Origin: Vicugna vicugna
Taxonomy: Eukaryota
Assembly: GCA_013265495.1 (NCBI GenBank)
Contig: MU062948.1
Span: 434,001-498,000, forward strand
DNA: 64,000 nt
Reading direction: 5' to 3'
A program made the translations under genes and the position numbers. This document shows, in pieces, positions 51,069 through 62,182 of this stretch. The notes under the pieces were generated by a model. That model saw nothing but the letters and a program-made list of their open reading frames with translations, made no database searches and was not told where the DNA came from. Each line of letters begins with the position of its first letter. The first letter of the stretch is position 1.

Positions 51069-51659
51069 CATTTTCCCCCAACATTTCTACTTTTAGATCT
51101 GAGGAGCTGCTTCCACTTCTTGAGATGACAGCTGTGAAGCCAACGCAGGGGTGTCCTGTGGCATCACTTCCTCTCCCCCCCTCTCCTTGTCCCCCATGAC
51201 CCACCAAAACCCTGGTCTCCTGGGACATAACAGTCCCCTTCATTTCAGAGTCATGTGGGTGATAGGACTTTTAAGGGAATAAGCTTTTTTTTAAACTAAA
51301 AATTTATTTTTCCTTTTTCTATTACAGACCACTCTATTTAATTGTTGAAATAGACCATTCAGAAAAGCCACATTACCACTATGTGACTGGGGCAAGCCTC
51401 ATCGGCAGTAAGCCCCAGTTTCTAGAAAGTGTCAATGGAGAATCAAAAATATGTATCCAGTTTGTATGTAAAGATCTTACTGCAACATTATTTATGCTCT
51501 TAAGAGTTTAGAAACTAACTGCTTTGTCTATCAGTAGGGGATCGGTTAAATAAATTTGTTACATCCATACGAGGTCCACTAAAAAGTATGATGTCAATAT
51601 ATGTTCATTGAGTTAGAAACCTCTTGGCTTAGAATGCAGTAAATAAAAGCAGCCTTACA

Positions 51660-52138
51660 GTGGTTGTAATGGATTTTTTCTGCTTACTTCTCCTACTCTG
51701 CTGCACACTGTGCCCTGGGGTGTTGGCCTCTATGGACTGCTGTTAGAGGGGTTTCCATGCCTTCTGATTCTGGCTGGGTTGGCCATGGGAGGCACCCCCA
51801 CAGTTGGAGGGTAGGGAGGAGTGAGGTCAGGGTATTTATTCCACTTGCTCCATCACTGTTGGTTTTCTGGGGCTGACTGTGTCTCTGCTGAAGGATGGGT
51901 CCTAACAGGAAACCCCCTCAGTACAGCTCTGGTTTGTAGTAACCACTCCCTTCCCCTTGGCCTTTTGACCTAGGGGTGACAATGGCTCTACCCTGTTGCT
52001 AGCCCTGGTGTGCTGCACTTTTCCTTGCTGGTGTTCCTAACCTCTGTCCAGGCAGATGTAAATAGTCCCTATGTTAAACTCTCTTCAATTACTCACTTGG
52101 ATGTTCCATGTATTTCTTCCAAGAGCGCAACTAACACA
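51660..52138 (+). mobile_element. LTR33-class ERVL solo LTR
   Basis: gggaggagtgaggtcagggtatttattcc...taaatagtccctatgttaaactctcttcaattac. Confidence 0.7.
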
Positions 52139-52621
52139 ATAATATGATCCCGTGTATATAAAATCATATCCATCTATAATCCAAAAAGGGAGGTCTGGAA
52201 GGAGGTCCATGAAAATGCTATTGTCTCAGTGTGATGAGATTTGGGTGGGATTTTTTTTTCTTCTTCCTGCTCTTCTGAAGTTTTTAACTTTTCTACAACA
52301 AGACAGCATTATCTTTGATTCCAGAAAAACAAACAAGCAAATAAAACAGTTGTCGTAAAGGTCAGATTACAGCAGAACCTGAAAAGTACTTTGTATTTGG
52401 GGAGTTGCTGCTCAATCTTAAGATCTTGACGCATGTGCTGATGGGTGCAAAGATACCTAGGAGATTTGCACTGAGACCCAATTTCCTCAAGGTTTCCTAC
52501 TAGAATGTAAATGGACTGGTCAAACGTCCACAGATTTTTTTTATTCCAGAGCATTTTAGCCAACAATCAAGTTCAAAGCAGCTCTCCTCTGCCTCCTTCT
52601 GCCTTCAGGTCAGTGACCCAC

Positions 52622-52731
52622 CAGCCTTTCCCTGGCCCCCAGTGCATGCAAGGGCAAAGAGAGCCAGATGAAGCCCAGGGAAATGAAGTCGCAGCAGAAC
52701 TGCCCCTCTGCTCTCCTGGGTCGGCATGTTT
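52622..52731 (-). other. Candidate exon with ATG and signal-peptide-like ORF
   Basis: Acceptor ctctctttcatttgggcag, AAACATG (ATG 52727), MPTQESRGAVLLRLHFPGLHLALFALACTGGQGKA, donor CTG|GTGGGT in phase 1. Confidence 0.25.
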
Positions 52732-53819
52732 CTGCCCAAATGAAAGAGAGGACTTCCAAAGAAATGCCTCCTTTTTTCACAGAACTTGGCAATGAATTAA
52801 TCATTGTTTATCCGGGCTGTGTGATCCTTGGTCCCAGTAATGGTGCTAAGACATAAATCACAGTTCTCTGTGGGTGGGGTTGAGGAGGGGGCCCAGGATA
52901 GCTGTGAAGAGCTGTTCTTCCAACACAGGAAAAAAATATCCTTGTTTTCAAGCGCCTGGGAGGGCATTCTGGGCTATTTATAATCTGCTGCCGAGCTAAG
53001 GCGTTTTTGCAGCTGGGCCTGGGAGATAATCAGCACAGTTTTCTTCTCAAGCCAGGCCTTCAAAACAGACCCATCTCCTACGGTAGCCCACCCACCCCAT
53101 CTGCCCTGGGCCTCCCCAGCCCGGCCTCCCTTTCTCGGCTTCAGTTTCCAAGAAAGCAAGGGGTGCATTTAAAAGCAGAAAGGCCAAAATACCTCGGCTC
53201 AGAGATGAAGGAAAGGTTTGTGACCCACTGGCAGATGGATTTCCCTAGAACAGGCCTGTGGAATGTTCATGGAACTTGGCACAAAGGGCTTTTCAGAGCT
53301 TTGGGGAAGGGGCACATGCCACGGGCTCCACTTCCTTCTCCTAGAATTTGCTCCAGATAGAAAAACAGGGTCCCAGGGAGAGCAAGTTCCAAAGCACTTC
53401 CATTGTATGTCTTGGCGGGAGAGCCAGTGTGGAGGCAAAACTTCTGCAGTGGGGCTCAAAAGACCTGACTCCTAGTCCTTCCTCTACTATGACTGCCTGG
53501 TGACCTGGGCTGAAGCCCTCCATGTCTCTGGACCTTAGTTTCTGCATCTATAAAATTAGGGCCTAGGCTGAGTGTTTTTCACACTTTAATTAAAGCTCAT
53601 TTATGAAACAGTATTGCATAGAAATGGAGTATGTAAAACAGACACAAGCAGGGCAGCTGGTTGAAGTGGAGTGGGGAGGAGGGTTGAGACTAGAAGCCCA
53701 CCACTTTCTTGGCCTCTTTCTCAGTCTGACTTGATGCATGAAGAATGTCAAAGAGCCTAGGGCTCCATAAGAGTTTGATCATTGCTAACTCGATGGTCTC
53801 TAATATTCTAAGCTTTGAA

Positions 53820-53990
53820 ATTCTTTCATTCGTTGTTCCATTCATCCTCCACAAGTATTTACTGAGCTCCTACCACATAACAGGCTGGTCATGGTGTTGG
53901 GGATAAAAAGGTGCAGAAGAAAGTCACTGTCCTTCCTCATGAAGCTTGCAATCCAGTTAGGGAGGTTGGCTATTGATTAAATAAATAATT
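53820..53990 (-). mobile_element. L2 3' tail fragment
   Basis: ttcattcatcctccacaagtatttactgagctcctacc. Confidence 0.7.
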
Positions 53991-54074
53991 TACTCAATAT
54001 TGATATTAATTAAATAAATATATTTAAGTTTTATATATAATGTAAATATGTATGTAATATAAAAAATAAATATA

Positions 54075-54518
54075 CATCTGGACTGAGTGCTGGCATCTCT
54101 CCCAAACTGATATCCTTCCCAGAACCTCAGAATGTGATCTTATTTGGAAATAGTCTTTGCAGACGGAATCAGTTAAGAGGAGGTCATACTGAAGTAGGCT
54201 GAGCCCCAAATCCAGTGCGACTAGTGTCCTTATGAGGAGAGGAGAGGAGACACAGAGACAGAGACACACGAGTGCCCTGTGATGACCAAGGCAGAGATGT
54301 AGCTGCATGCCAAGGAGAGCCAAGGATTGCTGGCAACCGAGAAACTAGGAAGGGGCAAGACAAGAAGGACCCTTCCCTACAGCCTTGGAGGAAGCGTGGC
54401 TTACTGACACCTCAATTTTGGACTTCTAGCCTCTGGAACTATGAGAGAATGAAATTCTATTTTTTTTTAAGCCACACAGTCTGTGGAATGTGTTACGGCC
54501 GCCTTAAGAAACTAATAA
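54075..54518 (+). mobile_element. MLT1B/C-type MaLR solo LTR
   Basis: cccagaacctcagaatgtgatcttatttggaaatagtctttgcaga...agccaaggattgctggcaacc...taagaaactaata. Confidence 0.9.
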
Positions 54519-54523
54519 AAATG

Positions 54524-55370
54524 CAGTTGATTCTTACTATTCGTGGTGGTTATGTTTTATAAAGTCATCACAAGTGCTGAACTAGTGAATGTTGGTCCAA
54601 GGCTTCTAGGGGCAATACAGGATTAGGTTCCTGGGAGCCTCCAGTTGCAACATCTTCATCAGACCATCAATACGTACCTTGTCTTATTTGTGTTTCTGTT
54701 CGAAAACACCTCATTTATTTTTTATTTATGTTTAACTTTAATTTTTTAATTGAAATATAGTTGATTTACAATGTTTTATTTGTTTCTGGTGTACAGCATA
54801 GTGATTCCGTTATACATATATTCTTTTTCGTTATAGGTTATTACAAGCTATTGAATATAGTTCCCTGTATTATACGGTAGGACCTTGTTGTTTATCTATT
54901 TTGTATATAGTAGTTTATAGCCAAAGAAATCTTACTTAATAATTATTGTTGAGTCATTGACATTGAACTCACGCTAAAAAAAATACAACTCTTACCTGAA
55001 TGAAGCTTATCCAGCATGCATCTTTTCTCCATAAGGCACCTCACAGCCTTCTGGAGCTTAGGGACCCCAGATGGCACTTTGGCACAAAGCTTGGGGGCCA
55101 TGTTAAACAGGGGGACCACCAACCGAAAGCCCCAAATTGAAAAAACATGGCACAAACTGACTGCAGAAAGGACCCTTGCTTAGAGTGTGAGAGCTGGAAC
55201 AAGAAGCAAGTGTTGACTTGCAGGATCTTAGCTGGGGAGGTGTATATTGGGTGGCTCAGTTTTTGCTGCTCTGTGCATGTCCACAAATGATCTCAAAAAC
55301 ACTGGGAGTGTTGATTTGGGGGCGAAAAAAATACAAATACAGAATCTGCAATAATAAGTATGGACCATAG
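54524..55370 (+). mobile_element. MER82-type TcMar-Tigger element interrupted by an antisense L1 3' end
   Basis: cagttgattcttactattcgtggt... start and gaatctgcaataataagtatggacc end match recalled MER82; colinear halves either side of 54715-54925. Confidence 0.75.
54715..54925 (-). mobile_element. Cetartiodactyla-type L1 3' end
   Basis: aattgaaatatagttgatttacaatg...ggttattacaagctattgaatatagttccctgt. Confidence 0.85.
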
Positions 55371-55372
55371 AT

Positions 55373-55373
55373 A

Positions 55374-55407
<34 letters not shown>

Positions 55408-55413
55408 CACACT
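55373..55413. repeat. (CA)n microsatellite with interrupted end
   Basis: acacacacac...actcacactcacactc. Confidence 0.95.
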
Positions 55414-57712
55414 CAAATTGTAAAAAACCACTGGGAAGGAAAAGAGTAGTGTGTTTGAAAGACAAGACGAAACACTTAGCTGGCATAGTCAGATAAGTGG
55501 TGGCAGTTTAAGCCAAGGCCTGCAGGGGAGAGGGTAGCCAGGAGAGGAGGGGAAGATGGACCAGCAGAAGGGGCAGCTTGTAGGAAGTCTGGGGCATGAA
55601 TGCATTTGAGTGAGGTGGGATGCAGTGAGCAAGACGGTGAATGGCATGGGGCGAGGGTTCTTCTTCAAGTGCAAAGGGAGGCTCTTGAAGTGTTCTGAGC
55701 AGAAACACAGTATGTCCAAGGCAGAATTAAAGTTCTCTCTAGCTGCTCCACAGAGTCACCGGAACAAGATCCGGTTCCCTCCTCTGGCTAATCTGAGAAG
55801 TAAATCTGCGATGCTCTCAAGTCCGCCTCTGAATTTATGCAGGGATATAAATAAATGCCAAGTAAAGTGTCACGGCGTGGTCAGACCTCAGTTTGTTCTG
55901 CACATAGTGGTATTTAATTTTTAAATCAGATCTACAAGGAATGTGATGCCTCAAACCAAGGGGGTAAGACTCCATGTGACCATTTCAGCTTCCACCGCAG
56001 GAAAGGGAAGGGAGATATTTTTAGAAGGGAGACCTCTCAGTGCCCCTAAACCACGCTGGAGGCACTGCCCTGCCCCAGCATTCAGCAGGCCTGGACTATC
56101 AGCTTTCATCAGGAGTGAGGCGTGGGCAGGCCGAGGTACCCCATGTTGCCAGGAATGCCTGACCAGAAACTGCTCTCGGGTGTGTCCGCGAGCTGCCTCC
56201 CCTTCCCTTGACCCCAGAACTGCTGGCTTCCTGGCCTTGTGAAATCTTCTAGAAGCAGGAAGCAGCCTGAGCTCTGGGTGAGGCTGCTTGAGTCTGAGCT
56301 CACGGATTTGCCATGTGTGCTGAAACAACCCACCTGACTTCTCCACGCCTCACCTCCGTATGTCCATCTACCATGAGTTACCCTCCCCCCTTGACCACCA
56401 GCAAACCCAACCAGAAGAAACGGGATGATGTTTCTACGGAGACACTTGGGACTTGTTGGCAGATTCTGCTCTGTAAGTGGGAAACCCCATGGCTGCCATT
56501 TTCTTTCCTTCCTTGTGGAGAAAGTCCCCTGTTAATCATTGAGACAGTCTGAGTAAGCTTGTTCCTTGGCATTTGATGACTAAGAAAGCCCCTCGTGCTA
56601 TCTCATCATGTTTCCTCCCTCTTCTCCGTGGCTTACCAACACTCCCTTTTGGGGGACATGCTGAGGGATGATTATGAGTCAAGAGGAAGAATGACAAGTG
56701 ATTTTTCTGGTCTGCTATTTGGAGGCCAAATTCAGCTCAAAAGTGAGTATTCCAATCTTGAAAGGTGAAGAGGCTCTCAGGTGAGCACACTTGGTCTTTT
56801 AACACAAAAACTGCCTGCCTGCCCCAGAAAAACTGCCTTTGTTCCTTAATTTACCTCAAATCTCAGCCTCTTCAGTCAGCAGAGGTTGTAGGATTCATCC
56901 TGGCCAGGAACTGTGAGCTGTTCCCCCTGTTCTGACATCTTCCCGTGAGACCTTGGGCCAGTCACTTACCCTCTTGGGGCCTCCCGTCTGCGCAGGGTGT
57001 TCACAGACAACCAGGCAGCCTGCTGGGCAGCCGTCTCCACTTCCGCAGAGCAGATATTTTATTGCATTCTTTTGCGCTTAAGGACTCCAGAATTAGGTCC
57101 CCCAAATACGCCTGAGAAACATTTACTCCACGGGAACGCAAACCAAGTAATGAAAACCATGGAAAACAATGAGGCAGCCCATGTCCTGAAGTCACCTCTT
57201 CCTGGGAGGTCCAGGAGCACCCCCTTTGCTCTCCCTGGTTCTACTTTCCTTCCCCTCCCCACAGGGCGATGCCCCCTGGTCTGCAGAGCCCGCGCTGGCA
57301 CAGGTGTCAGACACTTGTGTGACTCTGCACCCAGGAGATGGCCCCACTTTATAAAGCAGGCCTGAACCTCCGGCCTCTGACCTTAGAAGGCGGTTTCCTG
57401 GCTAAAATTCTCTGAAGGGTTGCTTCAAGCCTCCCAAACTCAGTTGAGGTCAGGAAAAATTAACAAAACGACCTCTGGGTGGGAGCGCTGGCTGGGCTGG
57501 GTGCTGGGATGCGAAATGCAGAGAAAGGAGCTCCTGCCGGAGGGCTCCAGTTGGGAGGGTGATTGTCCCGAGGGAGGCCTCTGAAGAAATTGCCCGGTGG
57601 AAGGAGACAAGTGGTGTGATGAGAGAAACACAAAGTGCGGAGAGAAGGCAGACCAAAAGCTCAGCTGAGAAATGTGCCCATAACGCCTTTATCAATCATT
57701 TCCACCTTTTTG

Positions 57713-57799
57713 TTTTTCTTTTCTTTTCTTTTCTTTTCTTTTCTTTTCTTTTCTTTTCTTTTCTTTTCTTTTCTCTATCCTTTCCTTTCCTTTCCTTTT
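57713..57799. repeat. (TTTTC)n / pyrimidine-rich microsatellite
   Basis: About ten TTTTC units then TTTCC units. Confidence 0.95.
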
Positions 57800-58079
57800 C
57801 ACAGTTTATGAAGCGTTTTCACACACAAGAGCTCATTTGTTCCCCACAAGCACTCGGGGAAGCAGATGCCACAGCAGCGACTCTCTCCCCTTGATACACG
57901 CCGAGGCGGAAGTCTCACTGGGGACGGTTCCATGGGCAGATGCACAGCGGTTACTAACAGTCAGATAATAAGCATCGCTTCCATCGATGAAGTACTTCCT
58001 TTGTGCCAGGCCCGTGCCGAGCCCTCGATCAACATGATCTCTTCTAATTCTCGCAAATCTGCAAGGCAGGTATTGATAT

Positions 58080-58428
58080 TTTTTCCTTAAAAAAAAATTG
58101 AAGTAAAGTACACCTAGTGGGAAAGTCACCATTTTAATCAGTGTTTAATCAAGTGTACAGATCAGTGGCATTAGGTAGATTCACACCGTGGTGCTACCCT
58201 CACCACATTGCTCCACAGAACTCTTTTTATCTGGCAAAACCGAAATTCTGTATCCGTTCAACGATCCTCATCCCTCCCTTCCCCTAGCCCCTGGCAACCA
58301 TTGTTCTATTTTCATCTGTTTGACAATTTTAGGTACCTCACATCAGTGGAATAATACCGTATGTATCTTTTTGTGACTGGCTTATTTCACTTAGCATAAT
58401 GTGCTCAAGGTTCATCTCTGTTGTAACA
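58080..58428 (-). mobile_element. L1MB-like 3' end inserted in a MIR, running into an N-gap
   Basis: aaattgaagtaaagtacacc...cctagcccctggcaaccattgttcta...ttgtgactggcttatttcacttagcataatgtgctcaaggttcatc. Confidence 0.85.
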
Positions 58429-59957
58429 NNNNNNNNNNNNNNNNNNNNNNNNNNNNNNNNNNNNNNNNNNNNNNNNNNNNNNNNNNNNNNNNNNNNNNNN
58501 NNNNNNNNNNNNNNNNNNNNNNNNNNNNNNNNNNNNNNNNNNNNNNNNNNNNNNNNNNNNNNNNNNNNNNNNNNNNNNNNNNNNNNNNNNNNNNNNNNNN
58601 NNNNNNTTATAAATCCTTTTTCTCCAGGGAGAGAAACAGATGCCCAGAGATGTTAAGTAATTTCTCCTTTTTTGTCAAATAATAAGTGGGAGAACCAATC
58701 AATCTGTGTGACTCCAGAGACAGAGTTCTTAACCATTGATTAGAGGATCTCTCAAAGTATCTGAGTTCAAATTCCCAGCTCTGCCATGAACTGACTGACA
58801 TTGAGCAACTCGCTTAGCTTCTCTGATCTAAGTTATAAGGACGTTGTTGTAAGGATGATGTGAAGTGGTTTGCTAATTATAGTGCCTATCACATAGTAGG
58901 TACTGAATAAATATTGGCTTTTGTTATCACCGTAACAGCTTGTAGCAGAGATTCAGGAGAGCTAACCTAAGAACCCACACCCTGTGATTCTTTGGCTGGA
59001 AGCTGTTTGGTGGGCTGCGGGGCTCCTGGCCAGATGCTGGCTCTTTGCCAGCCCAGTGGTGAGTTGTGCCTAGGCCACCTTTGTTACCTCACACCTGGGA
59101 CAGGCCAGGTCTGCAGCCTGGATCTGCCACCCACACTCTGTACCAGCCCAGGGCAGAGGATGTCACAGTACTGTGTGACAGCAAGGTGTAAAAAAGAATC
59201 AGGAGAAGGGGGTCCCAACTCAGTGGGGCCACTAGACAGACCCCTTCCCCTCTCCTCTGGACCTCTGTTTCCTCACCTGTAGATCAAACGTTTTGCAGGT
59301 GACGATTGCCATGGTCTGTGTGTTCTGGAAACATCTAAATTGTGACCTCAGTGTGGTGTTGTGGAGGGTTTGGGTTGCATGGTCAGATGGTCTGGACTCA
59401 AACCCTGGGACTTCTGTCTGCTTACTGTGTGACCTTGAACTCGGGGCTTGTGACATCTCCAGACTTTGGTTTTTCTCCTGACTGAAAATGGGGCATAACG
59501 GAGCTTGCATCATGGGGCTGCTGTGAGGATTAGGTGAGATCACATGCCTGGCATAATCAAGTTCTCACTAACTGCTGGCTGTTCGTTTCTTCTTGCGATT
59601 ATGGGAAGGAATGTGTGTTGGCTTCTTGACTTCTAGGTGAGAGGCCACGGGAGTGAGAAGGGGTATAGTGAAGCCCAAGGTCACTCGCCTGTGAACCTCG
59701 GGCTCCCCCTCTGATAGCAGGAATGACTATAGCCTACATCAAAAGTCGTGGTGGGGGTTAAATGAGATCGTAACTGTAGTGTGCCCAGCACAGTGCCTGG
59801 CACATAGTGAGGGCTTAATCAAGGGATATTGATGGGAGAATTACTTTAAAGTTTTGGAAACTGTTTCTTTTCATATATTGTTAGGAAGAGTGTAAATTGA
59901 TGTAATACCTGTGAAGGATGATTTGGCGATAGCTTTCAAAGCTACAAGCCCGTTGAA

Positions 59958-60154
59958 GGGAGGATATAGCTCAGTGGTAGAGTGCCTGCCTAGCATGCAC
60001 AAGGTCCTGGTTCAAACCCCAGTACTTCTATTAAAATAAATAAATAAATAAACCTAATTACCTCCCATCCCCCCCAAAAACTAAAAAAAAGTTTAAAAAG
60101 TACAGTTCACTATATATATAAAAAAAAGAATAATCATAAATCTTTAAAAAACCC
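59958..60154 (+). mobile_element. Camelid tRNA-derived SINE (Vic-1 type) with extended A-rich tail
   Basis: GGGAGGATATAGCTCAGTGGTAGAG (A box), GGTTCAAACCCC (B box), aaataaataaataaacctaattacctccc tail; TSD-like aagctacaagccc / aaactacaagtcc (11/13). Confidence 0.9.
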
Positions 60155-60502
60155 AAACTACAAGTCCATCTGCCCCTTGACCCAGCAATGCCACTTCTAA
60201 TTGCATAAAATAGTCAGGAAATGATCTATGTCCAATGCGGCACTGATTGTAAATGTCCACTGGTTTAGGGCTGATTAAAATAAGTTATGGTGTGGAAAAC
60301 TATACAACTATGAAAAATGATAGATGAAACTCTTCATGATCTAATATGAAAAGATCTCTAAGATTTATTAGTTGAGAAAATTAAAGAGCAGAACACTATG
60401 CATCACCATAGAAGGCTTCCCACTTGGATGAAAAGGAGTGAGGGGGATGTATATAATCACATAAGCACATAAGTGCTTTTATATGCATTAAAAAAATCTG
60501 TG

Positions 60503-60584
60503 CACTGTAAAATGATTATGAATCAATAAAAAATGTAAAAAAAAAAAAAGAAAGAAAGAATAAAGTTAGCCCACCTACCCAAAA
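60503..60584 (+). mobile_element. Micro L1 insertion (3' ~35 nt) with 3'-transduced tag, 13-bp TSD
   Basis: TSD AAAAAAATCTGTG at 60490-60502 and 60585-60597; cactgtaaaatgattatgaatcaataaaaaatgt matches the L1 end at ~40500-40535. Confidence 0.85.
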
Positions 60585-60955
60585 AAAAAAATCTGTGGAA
60601 GGCTACAGAGCAGGCACTGAGCTCCTGGGAGATTGTTCAGGGAGGGAGAGTTTTCACTATATCTTTTTGTAATTATTTTTTGTACCCTTGAGAATGTATT
60701 ACCTAGTCAAAAAATTAAGTAGAGTGAACTTTTATGGAGGAGAGAAAAGAAGGCAAGGAGGAAGGGAGGGGTGGAGGGAAAGAGGGAGAGGAATCTGTTC
60801 CTAGCTCTTGTGGGCAGAGTACAAGCCACCAGAAGGACTGAAGAAGAGCCGGCTTATCCCAGCCCAGGAGGGGGCGGACGTGCTGAGCATCACGGCTCCC
60901 CGGGTCTGGCTGAGCTCGGGTGCCAATTAGGTTAAGGAAAGGAACGCTGACTTAC

Positions 60956-61250
60956 CAGATAGAACCTGGCACCAGGAGAGGCCTGGCAGCCCTATGAGCA
61001 GGTTCTTTCGACAGGGGTGTGACAGCAAGAGCCTCGGCTCTGCCCTTGTTTTCAGCAGCTGCTCCCACACTCCCAGGCCGCTTCTGGGGTCCCTGCCCAG
61101 AAAGGGGGACACAGGTTTAGCTTGTTGGCACTCCCTCTCTCCTGAGAAAGGAGCACAGACAGAAAAGGAGGGTCCTATTGCCCTTTTTTCCCTTCCATTG
61201 TCTGATTTCATGGCAAATATAAGAGCCAATGGTATATATAGCATTTTCTG
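60956..61250 (-). promoter_or_regulatory. Candidate minus-strand TATA-like promoter and first exon
   Basis: TATATATA ~61231-61238 next to a CCAAT box (61225-61229); repeat-free; strong donor CTG|GTAAGT at 60956/60955. Confidence 0.3.
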
Positions 61251-61659
61251 GAAACCAGAAGGTCTTAAACACACGAAAGGCAGAGATGGCGGTATTCATT
61301 CCCCAGGCTAGCAACCCTCTGCCTTCTTGAACAAATAATTTAGAGATCTATCTTCTGTCTGGGAGTTATAATAATTTCTTGTCATTGATGGTACGAATTT
61401 GGAGATGAATGCAGTTGTATATATAGATGTATATTTCTGATCGTTTTCTCAACTTTTGACTTTATACAAATCTTTTTGCCTAGGCTTTGGCACATGTTAC
61501 TATTATAATAATGTCATTAATACACATAATGTGTCAGTTTGTATAAAATTCATAAGTTCTCCATACCCATGGAAAATAATAACAAATATAGTAGGAATTT
61601 ACAGTTTGTTTTCACATCCTTTATCTCACTTGAGCCTCAAACACCCCTATAAGGTGGAT

Positions 61660-61980
61660 ATCTATTTGACAAACATTTACTGAGCATCCATCATGTCCAA
61701 GGTGCTATGCTAGGTCCTGGTGTTCAGAGATAAAATGACACGGCTATGGTATATATAAGGCCTAGTCTAGTCCAACACACTGTAATATGCAATTACAAAC
61801 ATATGTGCAAGATGATGTGGGAGCGCTGAAGAGGGACACCCAACCCAACCAAGTGGGAAGATGAGAAAAGATTTCTGGGCAAGATGTGGCCTGAGTTGAT
61901 CCTTAAAAGGTGAACAGGACATAATCAGACAAAATCAGGGAGCCAGCTGACTGTGTACAGTAAAAATGAATCTTCACATT
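61660..61980 (-). mobile_element. L2 3' fragment
   Basis: gacaaacatttactgagcatccatcatgtccaaggtgctatgctagg. Confidence 0.75.
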
Positions 61981-62182
61981 CTGGGAGAAGGGCATGCGGA
62001 GAGAGCAAGGGAGTGAAGGAGAAAAAATGGGTAAAAACATAGAGTGGGGAGAGAGAGAGAAACCCATTTTATAGATGAGAAAACTGAGGTTCAGCAGAGA
62101 TGGATCCTGGCCACCCTTCATTTCCCAGGTCAAGCTACTTTTACCCCACCCTTTCCCTTTGAGTTGAGAGAGGACCAATTAG

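Noticed and set aside
53975-54075. Very AT-rich 100-bp stretch with repeated ATTAAATAAATA
   Set aside because: Low-complexity junction between an L2 tail and an MLT1; no further structure.
59958-60030. tRNA-like gene (A and B boxes, Ala-like 5' half)
   Set aside because: It lacks an intact acceptor stem and has a SINE tail, A-rich end and TSD, so it is a Vic-1-type SINE.
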